Of a stretch of DNA of 64,000 bases, positions 49,171 through 60,200 are shown piece by piece. The notes beneath the pieces are model-generated. The model searched no databases. It was given only the letters and a program-made list of their open reading frames with translations, and was not told where the DNA came from. A program made the translations under genes and the position numbers. The stretch comes from a virus. Within the stretch, counting starts at the first letter, position 1. Each line of letters begins with the position of its first letter. The stretch spans positions 14,865 through 78,864 of IMG/VR virus record IMGVR_UViG_3300025108_000028, one strand, 5' to 3'.

Positions 49171-49845
49171 ATGTCAACAATAGCAGAAGTAGTATCAAGA
49201 GTAAGGGGTCAAGTCAAAGCAGAAGTACAAGACGCATTTATTACAGATAGATATATTTATAGTTTGATAGAAAAGTTTGCTCAGATATTAATGAGAAGAC
49301 AAGATTATGCAAACAAATTAATGAAGTTTAATTCAGTGTGGAAAGCTTTACCATATGTAGAATTAATAGAAGTAGATAAAGTAGAGGCTGGTTGTTCTGG
49401 AATAACAAGTGGTTGTACAATAAAAAGAACAAAGCATAGATTACCTAGTATGATAGAAGGATACTGGGGTCCTTTAATCCGTACAGTAAGTTCTATTGAC
49501 GGATCTCAAGAGTTACAAGCAACACAGCCGGGTACATATACTTCAATGACTAAAACAACCACATTTAAATATAATAAAACATTATATTTTTGGTGGTTAG
49601 ATGGGTATATATATTCTCCCAGTATTGAATGGGACGCATTAAAACTAGAAGGAGTATTTAATTCAGACATTACAAGATGGAATTGTGATTTAGAAGATGA
49701 CTGTACACCTAGATATGAACAACCAATATACATTCCAGAAGCGCTTTTTGCAGAGATAGAAGGTCAAGTTATTCAGACAATGATTGGATCAATGCAGATA
49801 CCTTCAGAAGATTCAGATAATAAACGTAATATACATAGACAATAA
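49171..49845 (+). CDS. Tail ring/tubular protein
   Basis: Size and position before muzzle. Confidence 0.55.
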   Translation: MSTIAEVVSRVRGQVKAEVQDAFITDRYIYSLIEKFAQILMRRQDYANKLMKFNSVWKALPYVELIEVDKVEAGCSGITSGCTIKRTKHRLPSMIEGYWGPLIRTVSSIDGSQELQATQPGTYTSMTKTTTFKYNKTLYFWWLDGYIYSPSIEWDALKLEGVFNSDITRWNCDLEDDCTPRYEQPIYIPEALFAEIEGQVIQTMIGSMQIPSEDSDNKRNIHRQ

Positions 49846-50798
49846 TGGGCGTATCAAATAAATACAGAACGTTTAGTCAATTAATGGAGGATGTATCCAT
49901 TGACTTTTCTAATTATGCATTAGAAGGGATGATTGAACCACAACAATTAATTAAGGTTGCAACTAGAGTAAACTATGATTTAGGTTTAAGAATACATAGA
50001 ACAAAAGAAGTTGTTTTAGATATAGAGCATGGTAAAGCTCAATTGCCATCTGATTTTGCATTTATAAATTATGCATTTAGATGTGGGTCTTATGTAATTA
50101 ATAATAGCATGCCTTCAGGTACCCATGTTGAAACATTTAATGATGTACCTTACGTTCCTGCACCAACTGATGCAGCACCTTGCGAGGATGGTCAAACATG
50201 TAAAGATGTATGTGTTGTTAAAACATGCAATGACAAAAATGAGTATCAACTTGTTCAACGGGTAGGTCCATCACAATACAGACAGTTTAGTAGTTGGACT
50301 CAGCTTAGAATACAAAATGTAAACGATCCAACATGTTTTTGTCCTGCATTAGGAGCACAAGCTTTAGATGTTGCTGAGATAAAAGATGGTTATATGATAA
50401 CTACATTTAAAACAGGAAAGGTTTATATAAGTTATCAAGGAGCAATGGAAGACGCTAATGGAGATTTACTTGTTCTAGATCATCCTTACTGTAATGAGTA
50501 TTATGAGTATGCAGTAAAACAAAGGATTTTAGAAAATATGCTATGGCAAGGAGAAAATGTTTCACAACAAATAGGTTTTGTTGAAGGTAAACTTAGAGCA
50601 GCAAGAAATAATGCACTTGGTTTTGTTAACACTCCAGACTTTGCTGAGATGAGAAAAGTATGGACAATGAATAGAAGAGCTCAATATCATAATTATTATA
50701 ATATGTTTTTAAGTTATGCTCCTGCAAATCCTCAAGTATCTGGACCAGCAGTAATAAACAGTAACGGTACGTCTGCTACTACAACTGGATATAATTAA
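49845..50798 (+). CDS. Tail ring/tubular protein
   Basis: AQLPSDF, G.VYISY.G...D.NG; position. Confidence 0.6.
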   Translation: MGVSNKYRTFSQLMEDVSIDFSNYALEGMIEPQQLIKVATRVNYDLGLRIHRTKEVVLDIEHGKAQLPSDFAFINYAFRCGSYVINNSMPSGTHVETFNDVPYVPAPTDAAPCEDGQTCKDVCVVKTCNDKNEYQLVQRVGPSQYRQFSSWTQLRIQNVNDPTCFCPALGAQALDVAEIKDGYMITTFKTGKVYISYQGAMEDANGDLLVLDHPYCNEYYEYAVKQRILENMLWQGENVSQQIGFVEGKLRAARNNALGFVNTPDFAEMRKVWTMNRRAQYHNYYNMFLSYAPANPQVSGPAVINSNGTSATTTGYN

Positions 50799-50818
50799 TA
50801 AAATATATTTAACTAGTT

Positions 50819-53800
50819 ATGGCAAAGAAGAAGTCTACATCAAAAGCTAAAGCAACACAAGCATCATCTAAAAGTAGTTCTAGTGTAAATACTAACATGT
50901 TTACCAAAGGAATGAATAAAGATGTAACACCGTCTTTTGAAAAAAATGATACTTGGTACCATGCTGTTAACGCAGCAAATAATAGTTCAGATGGTGACCT
51001 GGGTATTATTGGTAATGAGCCAGCTAATTTACAATGTGGTGTTATACCTTACACTATTATAGGAGCTATACATAGATATGGTGATGAGTGGATTGTATAT
51101 TCTACTGATAATATTAGTTCAGAGATAGGAAGATTTGATGATAGTGAATGTAAGTATGAGACAATAGTTAATGATCCATGTTTAAATTTTAATAAAAAGT
51201 TTTTAATTAGCGGTGCAGCAAAAGAAAATTTTGACTGTTCTTGGCAAGTGTATTGGGATGATGGTAACAATCCATCACGCTCAATGAACATAGATGATGT
51301 ACCATACATACAAGATATAGTATCAGCTCCAGGTGATCCATGTATTATTTATGAGGATACTTCTTTTTTAGATTGTGAAAAAATAAGATTACATCCTCTA
51401 GTAGATACACCTTGTCTTAAACTTACTAAGGCAACAGATGGAGGTACTATTATAAATGGAGCTTATCAAGCTTATATAGCTTATACTGAGAATGATCAGG
51501 TTATATCAGACTACATAGGAATATCAAACATCCAAACCATATGGTCACATAGAGGTACGAATGGATCACTTGATATAGAAATTGATGGTTTAGATAAAGA
51601 TTACTTTTATTTTGATTTAGTATTACTAATAAGACAGCAAGGACAAATATTTACAAAACTTATAGGTAACTATAGTACTGAATCAAAACATATAAATATA
51701 GACTATATAGATGATTCACTTATATCTATACCAATACAAGAAATATTTAGACAGTCACCCGCATATGAAAAATCAGAGGCAATGTACGTTGTCAATGATT
51801 ATCTTATAAGACAAGGACCAACTGAACAATTTGATTTTAATTATCAACCTCTTGCAAATAATATAAAAACTAATTGGGTTATCAATGAGGTAAGTAATGA
51901 TTATTATATAAACTCAGGTAATAAATTAGGATACATGCGAGATGAGCAGTATGCATTTTTTATTAGATGGATATATAACACAGGTGAAAGGTCTTCTTCA
52001 TATCACATACCAGGTAGAGCATCTAAGGATTATACTTTACCTAATGGGGTAGTTGAAAATGAAAGAACTATAATATCTGGTCCCAATACATTAGATCCTG
52101 CAGGTGATCCTTTATTTAAAGTTTATAATACAAGTTCTGTAGGTGCTTTAGTTAATGAGGCACAAGATGATGGATCAAGAATAATAGCTAGAGGTGATAT
52201 GGCTTATTGGGAATCTACAGAAAAGTATCCTGATAAACAACCTGAAATATGGAACTCAAGCTCACATACTTGGTCAAATGAATTTGATCCGGGTGCAGAC
52301 TTATGTGGTGAATTTATCAGACATCATAAAATGCCTAATGAAATGGTTAATCCTGTATTAGGTTTAACAGATGGTACGGATACAGGTATATACATATTAG
52401 GCGTAGAATTTTCAAATATAAAAAGACCTGTATATAATGATGGTAGTCCTATTACAAATATAGTAGGTTATGAATTACTTAGAGGGTCTAGATTAGGTAA
52501 TAGAACTATACTTGCTAAAGGTATGTTTAAAAACATGCGTGAGTATGATTTACCAGATAGTGAAAATTTAATTGGTGATGCTCAAGGTCTATATCCTAAT
52601 TATCCTTTTAATGATTTAAGGCCTGATGTGTTTCACACAACAGTTAGAAAAACAACAGGTTGTGACAATGGAGGTCCATTTTCTGGTTCTGCAATTAGTG
52701 ATTTTCCACCTCTATCTGGTTTTAGAGAAGATGTTTTTACATTTCATTCACCAGATTTAATGTTTACTAAACCATATTTAAATGCATATGAAACAGTATT
52801 CTATGGTAAGATAACTGGAGAATCATCGGGTTACTTTAAACCATCAGAGAAGCATCCTCAGTTTAAATTACTAAGAAACATTAGTGCTATAATTAGTGCA
52901 TTAATAGGTGTAGGTTATGCTTTAAGAAATATCAATGGTACACCAGATACTAAAGCATTGCCAGTTCAAGGTATTAACACTGCTTATCCTGAATGGAGAA
53001 TTGACGAAAGAGGTGGAGGTGGTGGAAATTGGAATGACTTTGCTTCATCCGTAACTCCAGGAGGTGTTGCAACTGCTAGTACATCAGGTAATATTAGTAG
53101 TCACACTGGTGGTGATGGTAATAATAATTATAAAGGAGCTGGTGCACAGACTGATGCAAACGATGCTATTAATACATATGTATCTAGTCAAGGTGGTGGA
53201 GGTATTGGAGGCTGGTTAGGTGGCCTTTTAGATTTGTTTACTGGTGGCATTCAAGATGTTCAAGATTTAACAGGATTTGGAGATAGTACAAAAGAAAGAC
53301 TAAATCAGTTGGCTATAGATAACATGTCAGATACAGGTTCTACTGCTAATGGTGGTCTTATGGGTGGTGGCTCTCAAGAAGGAGTGACATTAGATACCTC
53401 AGAATCAAACTTAGGTAAATTATTTAAAAGAGCTTTTGGTTTTGCATTACTCCAAAAAAATATTGCAGTTGGCGGTCAAGAAATAATAGATTTATTATAT
53501 AACCTAAATTCTTTTCAGGAACATGTTTTAAAATATAATGCATATGGGTTCTATAATGATTTTGATGCCCATCCTTTAAACATAACATTTAGAACATTAA
53601 ATGAAGCAGCTAATTATATAGGTTCTTCATTCCAAACATTTGATCAAAATAAATATAAAATAAATAATTTATTTAGACCTACTACTGTAGCAATTTCAAC
53701 TAAAGATAATATATCTTCAAACTATGGTGTAGAAGATAAATCTAGATTTGCTTTAGGTGGATTCTTTAATAGTAATGGTACTGCGTCAACACCAAATTGG

Positions 53801-56800
53801 CAAAGTAATTTAAAAAATCCAGAAGGTCCATATAAAAAACCTATATCTGCATTGTATGGTGCATTAAAGTTTAACATGGATAATCAGTATGGTCAACTTG
53901 ATGGTATAAAACAAATACAGCAAAGAGGTTGTGTAGAAAAAGTAGATCAATCAGATCCAGCTAATTTAAAATATACAAGTAAAGCTTTATTTAGTGGTGA
54001 TGTATTTATTTCTCACTACACTGAAAAATCTATTATGCCAATTTTTACTGACTTTTTAATTGGTCAGTATGATGGATATCCATATGATTATTACTTAAGA
54101 TACAATGTACCTTTTCCAAGATTTTGGCTTAACAGTAGAAAGTTTGATATGGCCGGTATGGCCACTACAATAAGTTCTTTTGGATTCAATGAACTGTTTG
54201 GTGGTAATGATATTGATGAGACTTTACCAAATGAATTATATTACTTAGATAGAGGTGATACTTGTGGATGGAACTTACTATCACTTTTTACTTCTGATGG
54301 TTTGAATAGTGCGTTTGCTATGAACCGTGCATACATGTATAGTCACATAAATGGGGTAAATGATTTTTATGTTGAAACAGAAATTAACTTACCGTATAGA
54401 GATTGGGAAGAACCAAAAGAAAGAAGATTTTATGACAAGTATGATTACAATGATTTAGATGATTTGTTTCATGCTGAAATAGAAAAATTTGATAACTTTT
54501 ATAAGTATGACGAGTCTCTAAGTCCATCTAAATTTATCAGTCAAAACAGTACGTTTGCAGAGCTACAAACAAAAGACTATGACCCATACGTTGCAGAAAA
54601 TTGTTATGTCAATTATCCTAAGAGATTAATATATTCCTTACGTGCTGAAGAAGAAGATAGAAGAGATTACTGGAGGCAGTATCTATTTGCTAATTACAAG
54701 GACTTTAAAAATAAAGTATCTGTCATAAAACCTTTTAGTAAGACGGGAGCATTAATGTTTTTCCCTTATCAATCACCACAATTATTTCAGGGTGTTGATA
54801 CTTTAAAAACAGATGCTGGTACTAAAATAACAATAGGTGATGGTGGATTGTTTAGTCAGCCTTTACAGAATATAGTAAATAGTGATTTATCAAATGAGTA
54901 TGGATCACTAGAAAATCAACGTGGTGTTATAAACACAGCAGCAGGTTTATTTTTTATATCCCAAGCTCAAGGTAAAATATTCCAATATACTCCAGGCAAA
55001 GGCTTAATTGCTATATCAAACCAGGGAATGAAATGGTGGTTTAATAAATATTTACCTTCTAAATTTTTAAAACAATTCCCAGAAGCAGAGGAAACAAAAT
55101 GGATAGACAATCCAGTAGTTGGAGTTGGTTGTCAAGTCATGTATGATCCAAATGATGATATAGTCTACTTTATGAAAAAAGACTATTCAATGAAATCTCA
55201 GTATGCAATAAGAGCAACTCTTACAGATAGATTGACTGCACCAATTGATATTACTCTTGGTGGTAATGTAGTTGCTGTTGAGATAGGAGATCCTATATAT
55301 TTTGATGATTGTTCTTGGACCATAAGCTATGATCCAAAAGCAAAAGCATGGATTTCATTTCATGATTGGCATCCTGAATTTGCATTGCCAAGTATAAATC
55401 ATTTCTTTACAACAAAGACTATTGAGACAGATATACCACAATGCCCTCCAGGTTATACTTTTAATTCAACAACTGGGTTATGTGAAGATATTATAAATAT
55501 AACTGAGCCACGTGAAGTAACAGTAGATGATATACCTGCAACTGTTACAGGTGGTCCACAAAATTGTTTATTAGATATTGTAATTGCTATAGATGCATCT
55601 GGTAGTACAGGTAATCCAGGCCCTGGTCAAAATACTTTAGCAGATGCAGAATTAACATGGTTGGTAGCTTTTATAAATGATCCTGCTATACAAGCAGCAT
55701 TAACTGCAAATACTATGCAGATAGGATTTTTAGCTTGGGCAACTAATTCAGCTCAAGGAAATCCAACTGGGACAGGACAGTCTATGTTAGGAGCTGTTAC
55801 TGGAGCTCAAGCAAGAACTTGGTTTCAAAATAACTGGTCAGGTCAAAATGGTATAGGTGGTCAAACTAATGCACAACTTGCAAGAACTAATGGGTTAGCA
55901 CAGCTTAATAATAAAGCAGGATCAGCTTACTCCGCTGCCTATCCAGCAAGAAGTGCTGATCCTTTCTTTAGACAAATTTTAATTGTAGTAACAGATGGTA
56001 ATGCAATTACTTCAGGTAACAATACATTAACTCCACAAAGTTTTAATTCTTTACAAAGTCCAAATGTTATACCTGGAGCAGGTGGTCCAGTTAATCAAGA
56101 ATTAATGTCTGTATTTGTAGGTCCAAATGCAAATGGTCCAAATAATTCAACCATTATTGATCAAATAACAGTTGGTGCTGGTGCGGGTCCAGCTAATGCA
56201 TATTATAATGCAGGTCCTCCAATAACACCTGGGCCAAATCAATTTATAATGAATGCAAGTGTTCCAGCATCATTGCAGGCTACAGCACAACAAATAGCAG
56301 CTCAAGTTTGTACTATTCCATTTACTTGTGATTGTCCAGCAGGGTATACTTTAGTATATCCAAATGCTACTAACGGATTTTATACAGATCCTACAGGAAC
56401 ATGTGATGATGTAAATCCACCTATTTGTAGACAGGTTGAATGTCCTGACTGTCCACCAGGTCCAACAAATACAACAACAACTACATTAGGAAGTTGCCCA
56501 GATACATTCCCTGAATTAGGTCTTATAGGAGACCCTAACTGGGTAGACCCTACACCTCCATTGTGTAATTATTATTATGCAGACTTTGTGCAAGCTAATT
56601 ACCAAGTTGGTTCATTCTGGAGACATAATGTAAGGTGTGATTTATTTGCCAATTACTATGGTGAAAGTTTCCCGTGGGAAATAGAATTAATATCAAATAC
56701 AGGTCAGACAGTAAATACTATTAGAAGTATAGAATATCAACTAGAAACATTTGTTTATAAAGGAGAACCAGAATACAATATGTGTGGGGGAGATAAATGG

Positions 56801-57226
56801 GAAGATCTTTTATTTAATTTTGATAAAGCAATTATTTATAATACAGAACAGGTATCAGGATTACTGAATATAGAAATGCAACCATTTAATAATCCATGGG
56901 CAGAGAATGCATACCCTATAGTTAGCCCTAATGACATAACTGTTCTTTCTAGTAAAGTAGAACATAAGTTTAGAATAAATCAGTTTTATGATATTACAAA
57001 TGATAGAGGTGAATTTTCTAACGCAGAACAATCTGTATTTGATACACAATGTAATGGATACATTAGGCCTTTAAATCAAACTAATCTAAATTACTTTAAG
57101 AGTCCTACTCAGCATAAAAAGTTTAGACATTATTCTAATCATGTTTTATTAAGAAGACAAGAATCTGGAAATAGAAAAATGCTATTAAGATTAGACAATA
57201 CTAAATTATTACTATCAAAAAGATAA
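50819..57226 (+). CDS. Tail stabilisation/muzzle protein with inserted vWA domain
   Basis: F.KGMNKD, YWDDGNNPSR, GYMRDE.YAF, WTISY...AWISFHDW; insertion with IDASGS. Confidence 0.8.
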   Translation: MAKKKSTSKAKATQASSKSSSSVNTNMFTKGMNKDVTPSFEKNDTWYHAVNAANNSSDGDLGIIGNEPANLQCGVIPYTIIGAIHRYGDEWIVYSTDNISSEIGRFDDSECKYETIVNDPCLNFNKKFLISGAAKENFDCSWQVYWDDGNNPSRSMNIDDVPYIQDIVSAPGDPCIIYEDTSFLDCEKIRLHPLVDTPCLKLTKATDGGTIINGAYQAYIAYTENDQVISDYIGISNIQTIWSHRGTNGSLDIEIDGLDKDYFYFDLVLLIRQQGQIFTKLIGNYSTESKHINIDYIDDSLISIPIQEIFRQSPAYEKSEAMYVVNDYLIRQGPTEQFDFNYQPLANNIKTNWVINEVSNDYYINSGNKLGYMRDEQYAFFIRWIYNTGERSSSYHIPGRASKDYTLPNGVVENERTIISGPNTLDPAGDPLFKVYNTSSVGALVNEAQDDGSRIIARGDMAYWESTEKYPDKQPEIWNSSSHTWSNEFDPGADLCGEFIRHHKMPNEMVNPVLGLTDGTDTGIYILGVEFSNIKRPVYNDGSPITNIVGYELLRGSRLGNRTILAKGMFKNMREYDLPDSENLIGDAQGLYPNYPFNDLRPDVFHTTVRKTTGCDNGGPFSGSAISDFPPLSGFREDVFTFHSPDLMFTKPYLNAYETVFYGKITGESSGYFKPSEKHPQFKLLRNISAIISALIGVGYALRNINGTPDTKALPVQGINTAYPEWRIDERGGGGGNWNDFASSVTPGGVATASTSGNISSHTGGDGNNNYKGAGAQTDANDAINTYVSSQGGGGIGGWLGGLLDLFTGGIQDVQDLTGFGDSTKERLNQLAIDNMSDTGSTANGGLMGGGSQEGVTLDTSESNLGKLFKRAFGFALLQKNIAVGGQEIIDLLYNLNSFQEHVLKYNAYGFYNDFDAHPLNITFRTLNEAANYIGSSFQTFDQNKYKINNLFRPTTVAISTKDNISSNYGVEDKSRFALGGFFNSNGTASTPNWQSNLKNPEGPYKKPISALYGALKFNMDNQYGQLDGIKQIQQRGCVEKVDQSDPANLKYTSKALFSGDVFISHYTEKSIMPIFTDFLIGQYDGYPYDYYLRYNVPFPRFWLNSRKFDMAGMATTISSFGFNELFGGNDIDETLPNELYYLDRGDTCGWNLLSLFTSDGLNSAFAMNRAYMYSHINGVNDFYVETEINLPYRDWEEPKERRFYDKYDYNDLDDLFHAEIEKFDNFYKYDESLSPSKFISQNSTFAELQTKDYDPYVAENCYVNYPKRLIYSLRAEEEDRRDYWRQYLFANYKDFKNKVSVIKPFSKTGALMFFPYQSPQLFQGVDTLKTDAGTKITIGDGGLFSQPLQNIVNSDLSNEYGSLENQRGVINTAAGLFFISQAQGKIFQYTPGKGLIAISNQGMKWWFNKYLPSKFLKQFPEAEETKWIDNPVVGVGCQVMYDPNDDIVYFMKKDYSMKSQYAIRATLTDRLTAPIDITLGGNVVAVEIGDPIYFDDCSWTISYDPKAKAWISFHDWHPEFALPSINHFFTTKTIETDIPQCPPGYTFNSTTGLCEDIINITEPREVTVDDIPATVTGGPQNCLLDIVIAIDASGSTGNPGPGQNTLADAELTWLVAFINDPAIQAALTANTMQIGFLAWATNSAQGNPTGTGQSMLGAVTGAQARTWFQNNWSGQNGIGGQTNAQLARTNGLAQLNNKAGSAYSAAYPARSADPFFRQILIVVTDGNAITSGNNTLTPQSFNSLQSPNVIPGAGGPVNQELMSVFVGPNANGPNNSTIIDQITVGAGAGPANAYYNAGPPITPGPNQFIMNASVPASLQATAQQIAAQVCTIPFTCDCPAGYTLVYPNATNGFYTDPTGTCDDVNPPICRQVECPDCPPGPTNTTTTTLGSCPDTFPELGLIGDPNWVDPTPPLCNYYYADFVQANYQVGSFWRHNVRCDLFANYYGESFPWEIELISNTGQTVNTIRSIEYQLETFVYKGEPEYNMCGGDKWEDLLFNFDKAIIYNTEQVSGLLNIEMQPFNNPWAENAYPIVSPNDITVLSSKVEHKFRINQFYDITNDRGEFSNAEQSVFDTQCNGYIRPLNQTNLNYFKSPTQHKKFRHYSNHVLLRRQESGNRKMLLRLDNTKLLLSKR

Positions 57227-60200
57227 TGGGAAGAAATAAAAGCATAGGATTAAAAGGAGGACCAAATGAAATAATTATTGATCCAAAAGGACAATGGAAT
57301 CATCCAGGAAAAAACACACGTATTGAAGGTAATCACATTACTATGCAAGATGTGCAATATCCAGTGTGGGCTCAACCTAACATTGGTCCTGGAACAATGA
57401 TGATGCCTGGTAGTGAACACTATTTTAAAAATGCAGATTATGTAGATGAATATCCCATGGCTCAAAATGGCATAGAAATTCCAAAAAGAAAGGGTGTAAG
57501 AATAAATGAGGATGGAAGTGTGTCTACACATCTAATGAAAGCTGAGACAGTTGATGGTAAATGGTATGGGTTTCCATCATTATTCCAAAACTCTAATGGA
57601 GAATGGATAGATATGTCAGGTGAGAAAGATTGGATGAATATATATAATGAAGCAAAAAAAAGAGGTGAGCTTATAGAATTTGGAGATGATGCAGAAAGTG
57701 CAATAAAGTTTGCAGAAGGTTCTTGGAAACCTAAGGCTCAACGTGGTGGTAGTGCATTACCTAAAGCTCAAGATGCTGGTAGCACTTCTACGCCAACAAA
57801 GCAAATTGAGTTTATGACTAATTGGGCAAATTCACCAATGCATAATCAAATGTTAAATGCTAGTTCTACCTCAGATAAATTTAAAGATAAAGTTAAGATT
57901 GCAAGAAATAACTTTAAGAATGTAAATATATCTGATGATGAAGTTGATGGTTTTCTAGGACAGTATATTAATGGTCAAATAACAATGAACCCTTCACTAT
58001 TGGAAGAGGCTAGAATAGGCAATGGTTATGATAGCGTTCTTGTTCATGAATTGTCACATTTTACTGATGATGGTGACCCTGATAATAAGGGTTATTTTAA
58101 AGTAAGTAATATACCTTTATCTGACCGTAAACTAATTAAAAAATATGGTAAAGAAGGAATAAAACGTGCAAAGAAAGAAGAAAAAGAACTTAATGAACTA
58201 TTATTGTCTGAAGGGTTAACGCCTAATGATAAAGAATTTCTTGAAGAAAGAATTGACCGTCTTAGATATTTAAATAGAGATACAGAAACAAGATCAAGAA
58301 TAAATGCTACAAGATATTTTTATGAAGAGGATGAAAACTTTGGTAGAAGTAGTGAAAGAAACATAGACAAAAACTTACCAAGTATATTTGATTCTAAGGT
58401 AACTCCTGAGATGATCAAGGTTATGCAACAGAGTGGGCAGTATAAACAGTTACAAGAAATTTATACGGATGATCAGATACTAGAATTATTTAATACTATA
58501 TCAGATAGCAAAACCCCAGAAAGAAGCTTTAATGTATTAAACGCAAGATATGGAAAAGAATTACCAACTGCTCAAAAGGGGAAAAGTATAATAACAGCAT
58601 TATTAAAACAAGCTAAAAAATGGGCTCCAAGTGTTTTTGGAAAAGCAGACGATGTAGCTAAAAGATCAGATAATGTAGTTAAAGCTGTTAGCAATACTTC
58701 TAAAAAAGGTTTATATGAAATGTTTCCTATTAGACAACTAGATGCACCTACAAATTATGGTACTGTAAAGGTAGATGATGGTACTATACAAACTGCTTTA
58801 GATGCAATGAAAGCCCAAGGAAAGTATGCTGATGATGTAGGATATAGCATAGATGATTTAGTAGGTAGTGATATTCAGTACTTAGGTGATGTGAGTGGCA
58901 GAACTATTGTTAATGTGCCATTACCAGATGGCAAGAGTCAATTGTTTTATAAATCTTCAGGATTGGCTGGTAAAAGAGGAAGTGGTGTAGGAGGCACATC
59001 AGAAGGATTATGGCAACCCTATGGGGGTCATGCATCTGTTAGTGATTTTCCAGGCCGTGGTTATGTAGAGAATTGGTTTATAAAAGATTCAGGTTATGCA
59101 GACTATTATGGTAGTGAATCATTTAAAAACATAGCTAATAAATTAGGTGAAATAGGAAAAGAACAAGGATGGGATATGTCTAATCAAATACTAAAAAGTA
59201 AATTGAAGTATGGTGGAGAAGATCTACCAAAAGCTCAACGTGGGTTAATTAAACAGCTCATAAAAAGTGGAGCTAAATATGCAGATGAGATTATACCAAC
59301 AATAAAAAATTATTTTAAAGGCGTTGATGATGCAGGTGAATTTGTATCTGAAATTAATTGGGGTAAATGGAATAAAACAATACCAGATAATAAACCCCTC
59401 ATGGAAGAGTATGCAACAATTGAAAAGGTTGGTAAAGCAAAAGGTACTTGGATGAAGAATCCTGATGGCTCTAAGTTTACAGGTACACCTGAGCAATGGG
59501 TACAACAACAAAGTAGTAATTATAAAGCAGCTTTTGGTGAAAGTAAATTATTAAATCCTGATGGCTCACCTATGAAACTTTATCATGGATCACCTAAAAA
59601 GTTTGATGCTTTTGATGAGTCAATGTATCAATTAGGTGACTCAGGTTATTCTGGAGCAGGGATATATACAACACCTAGTAAAACAACCGCAAATAGTTAT
59701 ACAATATCTGGCAAAAGATTTCATGATGGAGAAATTGAGCCTACTCTTTATGAATTATATGGAAGGGGAAATAATCCTATAACGTCAAAGCAATTAATAG
59801 ATAACTCTGGGGGAGATATAGGATTTGGTAAAGTTGGAGAATTAATTGATAAAAATTTACCTACAAGTCTTTTTAATTTTCATAGAAAAGGAGCTCCAAG
59901 AGTAGATCAGCTTTTACAATATGATGTTGCAATAAAAAATCAAAATAGAGGTATAAGTAATATTAGGCCAATTGAAAATGCTTGGGAAATTGTTTTTCCA
60001 TCTAATAAACAATTAAAATCAGCAGTAGGTAACAATGGTATGTTTGATATGACTGACCCCAATATATATAAACAAAATGGTGGAGAGTATGATCCATATT
60101 TTGATATTGATGATAAGTCTAAACAAAGAAGAGAAAGATTAAATGCTGCATTAAAGAGAGTAGTTGCTAATTCAGATAATGATTCAGATTTAGAAGCATT

